From the IMG/VR virus record IMGVR_UViG_3300015360_000048, positions 1-57,622 of that record: a DNA stretch of 57,622 bases; one strand, given 5' to 3'. The position numbers and the translations under genes were made by a program. Origin of the DNA: a virus (Duplodnaviria > Caudoviricetes). The notes beneath the pieces were generated by a model. The model was not told the origin of the DNA. It did no database searches and saw only the letters and a program-made list of their open reading frames with translations. Of this stretch, positions 17,072 through 24,162 are shown in pieces. Every line of letters begins with the position of its first letter. The first letter of the stretch is position 1.

Positions 17072-19584
17072 TATTCGAATAGACTCTCTACATTTGCTTC
17101 TGGGGCCACCGACCAACCGATGGCATCTGTTACCCCCTGCAATGGAAACAAGAATGCCTTATTCCATTGTCCTTCATAATCAATGTAATCGTGAAGTCCA
17201 AGATCTTTTGACAAATGAGTTGTAAACCCGATCACATCTTCTTGAACTAGGTTTGGAAGTTTCAACTGTACGAATTTAATCTTGTCGCCTTCATAGATAC
17301 GTTCATAGTCTTCTCTGCTTTTGTCTTTAATCAGATTGTTGTAAACCAAAGCCGCTCTCACATGCATTGGAGTTCCCTTGGTATAAATCGTCAATGGGTC
17401 TGAATATTTCGACAATCCTTTTACACCAATCGGAGAAGCAATGTCTTCAACTGATATTGCATTGAATTTAATTCTTTCTTCATCAATGAAATTGAACAAC
17501 GTTTCTTGATCTTTGTGCATAATAATCTCAAACGATTTGTTCAACAAATCTTTGCAATGCCCAGGGGTCGTCGATCTAATAGCTTCAATTCCTGTAACTT
17601 CAAGTTTTGGTGTGGCGTATCTTGTTCCTTCTTTATCCCAGATAGAACAGATGTATCTTTTCTTGGCCTGCCACAAAGCCTTATCACAAATCTTTTCACG
17701 TTTCATGATCATCTTCTGTTCATAAGAGTTCATAAAGCCATGAAGCTCTTGGAACCATTCTTCCAATTTAGGTTGAACTTTATCTCTACAGAAGCGATGC
17801 AAGAACTCTACAATTTTGAGAGGTTCTTTTAACCCGGTCTTGACAACGAGTGTCTTAAAATCCACCCATACCGAGTCTGTATCAGATGCGATTATATAGT
17901 CTTTTCCAGAAGTTTTCAACATATCGTTCAGATATTCGTTTAATTTCCGAACAACATATCTGATTGTCACCTGCCCCGAAAGTGTGATTGCTTCACCAAG
18001 AACACGATCGTAAAACCTAAAGCCTGCATTTGATAGGGAGCCATATAAGGCGTTAAGAGCGATCTTATAATTCATCTGGAAGTTTTTGAACACTGTGATC
18101 TTCCGTTTGATTTCTTTTAGATCTTCTGGAGTTGCTGTGTCTTTTACCTTTTCAGCGTATCTTTCAAGTTCTAACTGCTGATCTTTGTAATCTTTTCTTC
18201 TAATGAAATACGACTCAGTGATTGTTGCAATGAAACTGCGTTTATCTTTTCTGAACATTGCCCCGTTTGCTGCTAACGAATAATTATTCTGTCTGATATA
18301 GCTATCAAGCCCTGCTTCCATCTGTAGTCCAATCATACGATTCTGTTCTGGCTCATCAACTTTTCTAACAAGTGTTTCAGGTCCGATGTTGTATTGCATA
18401 ATCAATGACGGATACAGAGAAGTCAAATCCAATGATACTGCCCAATCATACAATCCAGGCACGGCCTCTCTTACCGCACCACCTGCGATCTTTTCAGCCT
18501 CTGCTCCAGTGTGTCTACGTTTTGGAACGATTACTTTTCTTTCTAGAAGGAAATTGTAAATGATCGCATCCCAGATTCTTGTCTGTTTGAAAACGTCAAT
18601 AATATTGATCTTCGCCGACATAGCCATGTTCACAGCCAAGTCAATTAAGTTTTCTGATTCCTCAATCCTTACGATAAGCCCGACGTCGTTTATATTGTAA
18701 TCAATGAAGAGTTTGAAGTCTTTCTTATAAAGATCGTTCAACCCCTTGAACTGGGAATAGTCGGTTTTTGCTTCACCGAGAACTTCAACTGCAACTGAGT
18801 TCAATTTGAAGTTTTCTGGTTTCTTGTCGGAGAACTTTTTAAACAGTGGAAGATAATCGAGAATAACCAACCCAAAAATATCATAGGCATTCACATCGCC
18901 TCTCATTGTAGGGATGATTCTTTTCTTTAATATCTGCCAAGGTGAAAGTTTACGAGCCCAATCCTTCCCGATAGTTCTTGTGATTCTGTTTACAAGATAT
19001 GGTACGTCGTACTGCTCAATATTCCATCCAGTTATGATATCAAATGCAAGCACTTGCCAAAGCTGGACTAACTTGGTCAGCAGATCGTTTTCGTCTTTAC
19101 ATTTGACATATCTTATATTTTTTTCAGTCGAAGTATAATCCTTCAAGCCCAAGACATAATATTGACCCTTCAAGTATATCGCGACCGAGATCACGGCTTT
19201 GTCTGCCTTGTCTACGTCACCATAACCACCTTCAGAGTCTGTTTCGATATCGATGTATGCTAATCTGATTGTATCAAAATCATATTTGACTTCGCCTTTA
19301 AAATAATCGGCGATAAACGAATATTTCCAATCGGTCATGCCGTGGTATTTAAAATTGGAAACGTTCTCGTATTTGCGAATGAAATTGGAGCATTCAGAGA
19401 TGCTGCCTGGTTGGAACGCTTCTAGCGGCTCGTCTTGAATTGACTTGAAGCCTGCGTTCATCTTTTTGGAAGGAAGGTAAATAGTAGGGCTGAACTTTAT
19501 TTCTTCTTTAAACGGCTTCCCGTCTTTATAGCCTCTACATAAGACGTTGTCGCCGACAACATCTACGGTCGTGAAAAAATGCAA
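17071..19584 (-). CDS. gp43: Family B DNA polymerase (T4 gp43)
   Basis: Exo DIETD, GWNIEQYD, YNINDV; Pol DLTSLYPS, KIALNALYG, SDTDS, KKRY; C-terminal clamp-binding VESLF; TTG start. Confidence 0.96.
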   Translation of the reverse strand: MHFFTTVDVVGDNVLCRGYKDGKPFKEEIKFSPTIYLPSKKMNAGFKSIQDEPLEAFQPGSISECSNFIRKYENVSNFKYHGMTDWKYSFIADYFKGEVKYDFDTIRLAYIDIETDSEGGYGDVDKADKAVISVAIYLKGQYYVLGLKDYTSTEKNIRYVKCKDENDLLTKLVQLWQVLAFDIITGWNIEQYDVPYLVNRITRTIGKDWARKLSPWQILKKRIIPTMRGDVNAYDIFGLVILDYLPLFKKFSDKKPENFKLNSVAVEVLGEAKTDYSQFKGLNDLYKKDFKLFIDYNINDVGLIVRIEESENLIDLAVNMAMSAKINIIDVFKQTRIWDAIIYNFLLERKVIVPKRRHTGAEAEKIAGGAVREAVPGLYDWAVSLDLTSLYPSLIMQYNIGPETLVRKVDEPEQNRMIGLQMEAGLDSYIRQNNYSLAANGAMFRKDKRSFIATITESYFIRRKDYKDQQLELERYAEKVKDTATPEDLKEIKRKITVFKNFQMNYKIALNALYGSLSNAGFRFYDRVLGEAITLSGQVTIRYVVRKLNEYLNDMLKTSGKDYIIASDTDSVWVDFKTLVVKTGLKEPLKIVEFLHRFCRDKVQPKLEEWFQELHGFMNSYEQKMIMKREKICDKALWQAKKRYICSIWDKEGTRYATPKLEVTGIEAIRSTTPGHCKDLLNKSFEIIMHKDQETLFNFIDEERIKFNAISVEDIASPIGVKGLSKYSDPLTIYTKGTPMHVRAALVYNNLIKDKSREDYERIYEGDKIKFVQLKLPNLVQEDVIGFTTHLSKDLGLHDYIDYEGQWNKAFLFPLQGVTDAIGWSVAPEANVESLFE

Positions 19585-19611
19585 ACGTTAATTGTCCTTT
19601 GATTATTCTAC

Positions 19612-19640
19612 ATTATAACGTATTGCATTCATTTCATCAA
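19612..19640 (-). promoter_or_regulatory. sigma70-like promoter for gp43
   Basis: TTGATG-17 nt-TATAAT. Confidence 0.6.
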
Positions 19641-19816
19641 TTAGAATCTAAGAAATTCTTAGCGTCTTTTGCTGTAAGTTTTCGACCTAGATTCTTTTCT
19701 AGTATATCGAAGTCTTTTCTGTATTCGGTTTCCATGTGTCTTAGGAAACCGTTTCTGTCACCTGATGGCGACATAATTGCTCTGAGTCCTTCCCAGAGTA
19801 GTGCGTGTCTGAACAT
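19637..19816 (-). CDS. 59-aa hypothetical protein (not in ORF track)
   Basis: AGGAG RBS then MFRHALLWEGLRAIMSPSGDRNGFLRHMETEYRKDFDILEKNLGRKLTAKDAKNFLDSN. Confidence 0.5.
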   Translation of the reverse strand: MFRHALLWEGLRAIMSPSGDRNGFLRHMETEYRKDFDILEKNLGRKLTAKDAKNFLDSN

Positions 19817-19890
19817 AATATCTCCTGTTCATAAAACATAAAACAGAGAGGCAGAATTACCCCTCTGCTTATGTCAGGTTAATTCTTCAA

Positions 19891-20370
19891 TTATTCTTGA
19901 AGTAGTTTTTTGGCGGGTGTGGTAGCGGGCGTTTCATCATTGATTTCAATCTTCTTAGGCTTTTGATCCTCTGGGACAAGGCGCTCCAGGGTGAGCTTCA
20001 AAATACCGTTCAATAGTTCGGCGTTTTTGACCTCGACGTGATCCGCAACTTTAAAATTTCTTTCGAAGTTACGTTCCGCAATTCCTTTGAACAAATAGTT
20101 CTGATCAGGCGCTGGTTGATTTCCAGACTCGAGAGAGCCCTTAATCTTTAACAGACCTCCTTCAATAACTATTTCAAGATTAGATTTACCAAATCCGGCA
20201 ACTGCCATTTCGATCTCGTAAGTATTGTCGTTTTTCTTGACGATGTTGTAAGGTGGGAATCCCAAGGCCTTAGAAGTTAGTGCCGACATCTTTCCGAAAT
20301 CAGCGAGTAGGTTCTCAAAGCCTACGGTTCTTGGGAGAAAGGTTGAGAAAGTGAAAGGATCGTTATTCAT
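19891..20370 (-). CDS. Small heat-shock protein (Hsp20/IbpA family)
   Basis: VGFE, FPPYNIVK, YEIEMAVAGF, YLFKGIAERNFERNF, AELLNGIL, PKKIEI. Confidence 0.92.
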   Translation of the reverse strand: MNNDPFTFSTFLPRTVGFENLLADFGKMSALTSKALGFPPYNIVKKNDNTYEIEMAVAGFGKSNLEIVIEGGLLKIKGSLESGNQPAPDQNYLFKGIAERNFERNFKVADHVEVKNAELLNGILKLTLERLVPEDQKPKKIEINDETPATTPAKKLLQE

Positions 20371-20376
20371 TTATTG

Positions 20377-20393
20377 CCTCCATTTAAGCAAGG
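20377..20393 (-). promoter_or_regulatory. ROSE-like RNA thermometer over the hsp20 RBS
   Basis: Minus strand CCUUGCU-UAAAU-GGAGG: UUGCU motif able to pair with the SD, with a bulged G. Confidence 0.5.
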
Positions 20394-20427
20394 TTTTATT
20401 CGTGACCCATAATTGGCATCACAGTTG

Positions 20428-20435
20428 TATTTATA
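20428..20435 (-). promoter_or_regulatory. T4-type late promoter (hsp20)
   Basis: Exact TATAAATA. Confidence 0.75.
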
Positions 20436-20461
20436 ACAGATATTTGTGAAAATATCAAGAA

Positions 20462-20493
20462 GGAGATAAGGGGAATTTCTTCCCCTTATCTCC
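20462..20493 (-). terminator. Terminator hairpin after the TROVE-like gene
   Basis: Long perfect inverted repeat GGAGATAAGGGGAA / TTCCCCTTATCTCC; weak U-tract. Confidence 0.65.
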
Positions 20494-20516
20494 AGCCGGC
20501 CCTACTAAGTCGCGGT

Positions 20517-21935
20517 TTATTCCCAGATGTTGTAGCGGTCTACCATGATTGTTTCCAACATGACGCTCTTTGGCGAGAAGTTTTCCAACGTGTCTGCCAA
20601 GACGCTTTTCAAGATCGCAGGCGAGAATCCGGAGATCAACGCCGTGTTGTCGTCGTGCACAGTCACTGGCTGGTTCCCTTGACGGCCGCTTACATTCCAG
20701 AACACAATCTTTGGAAGTTTGTATCCTGAAGCTGCATATTTTGCCTTGATCGACGTGTAGTTTGTCGCATCAGGTGTCTTTGAGCACTGGTTAAATTCCA
20801 TGTCTGAGATTACCAAGATCATCTTTGGCATATCAGCTTCTGGAACTGTGTTGGTTTTTGCAAACTCTAGAACGTTCTCGAAAGCCGCCTCTAGGTTTGT
20901 ACCCATCGCCCAATGTGCTTGACGCATAGCGTTTATCTTTTCATAAACGTTTGCCCCAGTCAATTTGATCAATTCTGCTGTTTCTGAGAAGGAAAGCATA
21001 ATGTCGTGGTATGCACCTTTCTGCTTGTCAGCAGTGTACATCCCGATTGAAAGTGCGACGTCCATTGGTGTCAACCCCACGCCTTTGCTCACGACGTATC
21101 CCCCGCCCATAGACCCTGAGACGTCAACCATTGGCAAGATCATGTTGTCTCCTAAGAAATCAGGCAACGCTTTCCACTGTTCCAAGGAAGCAGTGATGTT
21201 GCCGTGATTCATAGACTTTAGGACATCATATGGATAAACGGCAGTAGCATTCATCTTCACACCTGCAACTCCCTTTTGGAGAGAAGCTAGATATTCAGTG
21301 TAGCGTACCGTGTCACGGCGGCCGAAAGCCTTCTGATAACGTGCAGAAGCCACGGAAGGTACATGCGAGTAGTTGATTGATGTCCAATCCTTCGCACACA
21401 TCTTCTGTTCAACTGTGGTTCTCAAACCAACGATGGTTTTTCTCCATCTCTTTGGCGTCCATCCCATGAACGTGCGCAATTCATATGCTAGCTTGCCCTG
21501 GACAGGCATCCACTTTGCAGCGATTGCATTCTTCGCATTGATCTGGTTCTTGATTTCTTCAAATGCCAATTTCTTAGCATAGTCAGTTGTGAAGATCAAC
21601 AAGTCATCCCAACGGCCGTATTCGGCCCATGCTGGGATCAACAATTTCAATTCGGTTGGGTATTGGTTTTCGATGTGGATCAAGATCTTACGTGTCGTTT
21701 CACGCTCACCAGCTCCGCCACGAATGTCACGTGCCCACATCAAGATACGCAAAGACAATTCCTTGTCTTCAGTATATGCTTCTGTGAAAGATCTCGTGAA
21801 GTCCATGTTACGGGTTCCGATGATACCGAAAAGGTCGACTAGCTTGCTGGTCGAAGAAAGATTGGTCGCCGCCTCGTTTGCAGTCTTCCCCAAGTTCTTC
21901 GTTGCATCGAGTTTAGATGTGAATACGTTCGTCAT
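20517..21935 (-). CDS. TROVE/Ro60-like helical domain plus vWA domain protein (DUF2828-type)
   Basis: RDIRGGAGER, YGRWDDL, AAKWMP, VEQKMC..W..INYSHVPS, MIDAS DVSGSM, TNLEAAF, ISDMEF, IVFWN, SGFSP. Confidence 0.8.
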   Translation of the reverse strand: MTNVFTSKLDATKNLGKTANEAATNLSSTSKLVDLFGIIGTRNMDFTRSFTEAYTEDKELSLRILMWARDIRGGAGERETTRKILIHIENQYPTELKLLIPAWAEYGRWDDLLIFTTDYAKKLAFEEIKNQINAKNAIAAKWMPVQGKLAYELRTFMGWTPKRWRKTIVGLRTTVEQKMCAKDWTSINYSHVPSVASARYQKAFGRRDTVRYTEYLASLQKGVAGVKMNATAVYPYDVLKSMNHGNITASLEQWKALPDFLGDNMILPMVDVSGSMGGGYVVSKGVGLTPMDVALSIGMYTADKQKGAYHDIMLSFSETAELIKLTGANVYEKINAMRQAHWAMGTNLEAAFENVLEFAKTNTVPEADMPKMILVISDMEFNQCSKTPDATNYTSIKAKYAASGYKLPKIVFWNVSGRQGNQPVTVHDDNTALISGFSPAILKSVLADTLENFSPKSVMLETIMVDRYNIWE

Positions 21936-21960
21936 TTTACGTCCTCTTTCGGTTTAATTT

Positions 21961-22147
21961 TAACAAGTTGGTTAGAAAAAGATAATCTCATTAAGGGTTA
22001 ATTCCCTAAAAGTATTATCCGACCTTTTTTGCTCGACATCTTGCTTTTCACTGGATGCCTTGGACGCTATCTTTATACCATAAACGGAGCCTTCGAAGAG
22101 GCCGATGTTGCTCCTGCTGAATATGATTTTATTGCAGAACCCAACTT
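21961..22147 (-). ncRNA. Array unit 7 (long, multi-hairpin insert)
   Basis: AAGTTGG/CCAACTT stem, TTCTGCAA motif, GTTA tail; internal hairpins. Confidence 0.55.
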
Positions 22148-22154
22148 TATTGTA

Positions 22155-22276
22155 TAACAGACTCAATTTTTAACCGCTCTGACCACTGAGCTACTTCCCC
22201 GTAAATGGTGGGGAAGAGAAGAATCGAACTTCTGCCTGTGCATTATAATTGCATTTCTTTTTGCTGAAATGAGTCT
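22155..22276 (-). ncRNA. Array unit 6: YrlA-like RNA containing a circularly permuted tRNA-like module (anticodon arm UAU)
   Basis: AGACTCA/TGAGTCT stem, TTCAGCAA; TGCA-ATTATAA-TGCA, T arm AGAAG-TTCGATT-CTTCT, CTTCCCC-ACCA-TTTAC-GGGGAAG, D arm GCTC-AGTGGTCA-GAGC. Confidence 0.8.
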
Positions 22277-22286
22277 AAAACTAAAG

Positions 22287-22339
22287 TAACAGATTTCCTT
22301 TTTGCGTGACAAGCATTTTTTGATTGATGAAAGAAATCT
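22287..22339 (-). ncRNA. Array unit 5 with Asp(GUC) anticodon-like stem-loop
   Basis: AGATTTC/GAAATCT stem, TTCATCAA, TGC-TTGTCAC-GCA. Confidence 0.65.
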
Positions 22340-22362
22340 AAATTCAGAGTAGATTAATGTAA

Positions 22363-22438
22363 AATCAGACTCTGTTGGTTTTCGTTAAGACTGATTTTGG
22401 TCAGTTTTTTTGAAATTTTTAGTTGCTGAATAGAGTCT
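22363..22438 (-). ncRNA. Array unit 4
   Basis: AGACTCT/AGAGTCT stem, TTCAGCAA, internal ACTGA-CCAAAA-TCAGT hairpin. Confidence 0.65.
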
Positions 22439-22446
22439 TAATTCTG

Positions 22447-22501
22447 TAACAGGTTCGCTTTTTTGTGTTTGAAACAAATTTTTGATTGCCGCAGGGAACC
22501 T
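22447..22501 (-). ncRNA. Array unit 3 with Leu(CAA) anticodon-like stem-loop
   Basis: AGGTTC/GAACCT stem, TGCGGCAA, TTTGT-TTCAAAC-ACAAA. Confidence 0.65.
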
Positions 22502-22536
22502 TAAAGTCGTTGCCCGTTCGGGCGAATTCAATAGTT

Positions 22537-22598
22537 TATCGGGGTCGTATTCCCCTTCGACGGGGAACTTTACCATTTCTTGTTGCTAAAACGACCCT
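22537..22598 (-). ncRNA. Array unit 2
   Basis: GGGTCGT/ACGACCC stem, TTTAGCAA, internal TTCCCC-GTCGAA-GGGGAA hairpin. Confidence 0.62.
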
Positions 22599-22606
22599 AA
22601 TATGGT

Positions 22607-22664
22607 TAACAGACTAACCTTTGCTCTTTGTTCAAAAAAGATTTTTGTTTGCTGTAAGTAGTCT
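22607..22664 (-). ncRNA. Array unit 1 with Ser(UGA) anticodon-like stem-loop
   Basis: AGACTA/TAGTCT stem, TACAGCAA, TCTTT-TTTGAAC-AAAGA. Confidence 0.65.
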
Positions 22665-22674
22665 TGAATAACGT

Positions 22675-22703
22675 ATATTACAATGAAATCAATGTGTTGT
22701 CAA
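22675..22703 (-). promoter_or_regulatory. Strong sigma70-type (early) promoter for the RNA array and TROVE-like gene
   Basis: TTGACA-17 nt-TAATAT; predicted start site a few nt before unit 1. Confidence 0.8.
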
Positions 22704-22710
22704 CACCTTT

Positions 22711-24114
22711 TTATGATTTCATCCACTTTGAAGCGTTTTTTCTGATGCCGTCAAACGACTGTTCACGAACAAGCTCAAAGTTCTTGTAAACTGGCTTCAG
22801 AAGGTTCGTTTCTTCTGTTGCCTCTTGTTCTTTAACAGTTATAAACGATTCACCATCATGAATCAATGCCAATCTACCTCTTTTTGAAACTTTCTTGTGA
22901 TCGGTGATTGGATCCTTGTAGACATCCTTTTCTTCACCATTGATTGTGATGGATGATGCCTTCATCGCGAACCTGATGGTATCGCGATCTACTTTCTGGA
23001 GAAGACCGCCGCCCATGCCGAATGCCATGTTTTCAGTAGAAAATCCATTGCTGTTGAGGCGTTCGATGATCTGCTTGATAATATCTGGTGTGCAGCCGTC
23101 GCCCTGAATAACCCGAACGTGAGGGTTGAGAACTTTGTAACCCTTTGAGTTCACGGTGTAGCCGAACTTGGTGGCCAGAAGCATCACAACTTCATTTGGT
23201 GTGGTTACTGGGTTTCCCGAATCTGGACGAACGACCAGTGTTCCGTTCCTTGCAAGAACCTTTTCACGGAGGTCTTCGCCCCAGATTCCAGAAACTGCTG
23301 TCCACAGATCATAAGAGTCTGAGACGCAAGCAATGATTGGATTGTCCTTGTATTGATCGAGCATATTTTCATACGCTTTGCGTTCACCATCACGGCCCCA
23401 GGCAGTGATTGTTGAGTGTTCAGAAGCCGGTATGCTGAAACCCGGGAAGTTTTCGTATGGATAGTAGGCCTCAATGGCTTCAAGAGCTTCGACAGTATCA
23501 GTGCCCATGAAGTTAACCAAGTGTGACATCCCGCCCAATGCTGCGGCTTCAAAGCTGGTTGCGCCTCTCGCCCCGAAATCGTGAAGCTTAAAGTTGATTT
23601 CATTCTCGGGGTTGTCACAGGTCTTCAAGAGGCTGTCCCAAATGATTTCCTTGACGCCGAGTGAAATCGTCGCCACTGTCGTTGGATACCAAATTGCCCG
23701 CATCAAAGCGGTTTCAATCCACGACGTCAACCAAGGGAACTCAGGATCTGTGTTGTGAACCTGGACCAAGACGTTGCCGACAGGAAGGATTGTACCTTCT
23801 TCAACGGCTGTAATTTCAAGAGGTAGTTTGCCGCCGTAACGATGGAACATTGCCTTCCATCCTTGGATGTTGAAAGGGACACCATGCTGGTTGTAAAGCC
23901 GATCTGCATATTCGATCTGTCTTGCTGTAAACCCAGGCAAGATGTATTCTTTGATGAATGCCTGCAGGCCGAAGAACAAAGTCTTGTCGTGCTTGCCGCC
24001 GGTTCTGGCTTCGATATAGGAAGACACTCGGGTCGTTCCTGGTGGGTACTGCTTGAAGTGCGATGTCTTGTAGCTGTCAACCGAAGTCAATAGTGATTTC
24101 TTTAACGTAGTCAT
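22711..24114 (-). CDS. nadV: Nicotinamide phosphoribosyltransferase
   Basis: DSYKTSH, FFGLQ, WYPTTVAT, LHDFGARG, GTDT, SIPASEHS, VSDSYD, VRPDSG, QGDG, FGMGGGLLQ. Confidence 0.93.
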   Translation of the reverse strand: MTTLKKSLLTSVDSYKTSHFKQYPPGTTRVSSYIEARTGGKHDKTLFFGLQAFIKEYILPGFTARQIEYADRLYNQHGVPFNIQGWKAMFHRYGGKLPLEITAVEEGTILPVGNVLVQVHNTDPEFPWLTSWIETALMRAIWYPTTVATISLGVKEIIWDSLLKTCDNPENEINFKLHDFGARGATSFEAAALGGMSHLVNFMGTDTVEALEAIEAYYPYENFPGFSIPASEHSTITAWGRDGERKAYENMLDQYKDNPIIACVSDSYDLWTAVSGIWGEDLREKVLARNGTLVVRPDSGNPVTTPNEVVMLLATKFGYTVNSKGYKVLNPHVRVIQGDGCTPDIIKQIIERLNSNGFSTENMAFGMGGGLLQKVDRDTIRFAMKASSITINGEEKDVYKDPITDHKKVSKRGRLALIHDGESFITVKEQEATEETNLLKPVYKNFELVREQSFDGIRKNASKWMKS

Positions 24115-24118
24115 GATT

Positions 24119-24162
24119 GCAAAAACTCCTTTTGCGTTTTTAGGTGAAGTCTTTCTTCACCT
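24119..24162 (-). promoter_or_regulatory. Two-hairpin leader of nadV (G-AAAGA-C loop hairpin plus SD-containing hairpin)
   Basis: AGGTGAAG-AAAGA-CTTCACCT then GCAAAA-GGAGT-TTTTGC just before the ATG. Confidence 0.55.

Larger units (their letters stand above)
21961..22664 (-). repeat. Array of seven structurally repeated ncRNA units (Y-RNA-like) upstream of the TROVE-like gene
   Basis: Each unit: 6-7 bp closing stem of different sequence, TTCAGCAA-like motif just inside the 5' strand, GTTA/GATT/GATA after the 3' strand. Confidence 0.8.

Noticed and set aside
17072-17116. Tracked N-terminal extension of ORF 16793..17116
   Set aside because: Overlaps the gp43 C-terminus; the ATG at 17071 coupled to the gp43 stop is more plausible.
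22173-22236. Ordinary tRNA gene, or remains of two tandem tRNAs
   Set aside because: The 3' half precedes the 5' half and both acceptor strands pair perfectly with each other inside one closing stem, so it is a single permuted module.
21972-22576. ORFs 21972..22166 (64 aa) and 22385..22576 (63 aa)
   Set aside because: Short, no recognisable motifs or clear RBS, and they run across the stem-paired repeat units, which explain the sequence better.
21961-22664. CRISPR array
   Set aside because: No identical direct repeats, irregular unit lengths, conservation is structural, and there are no cas genes in the window.
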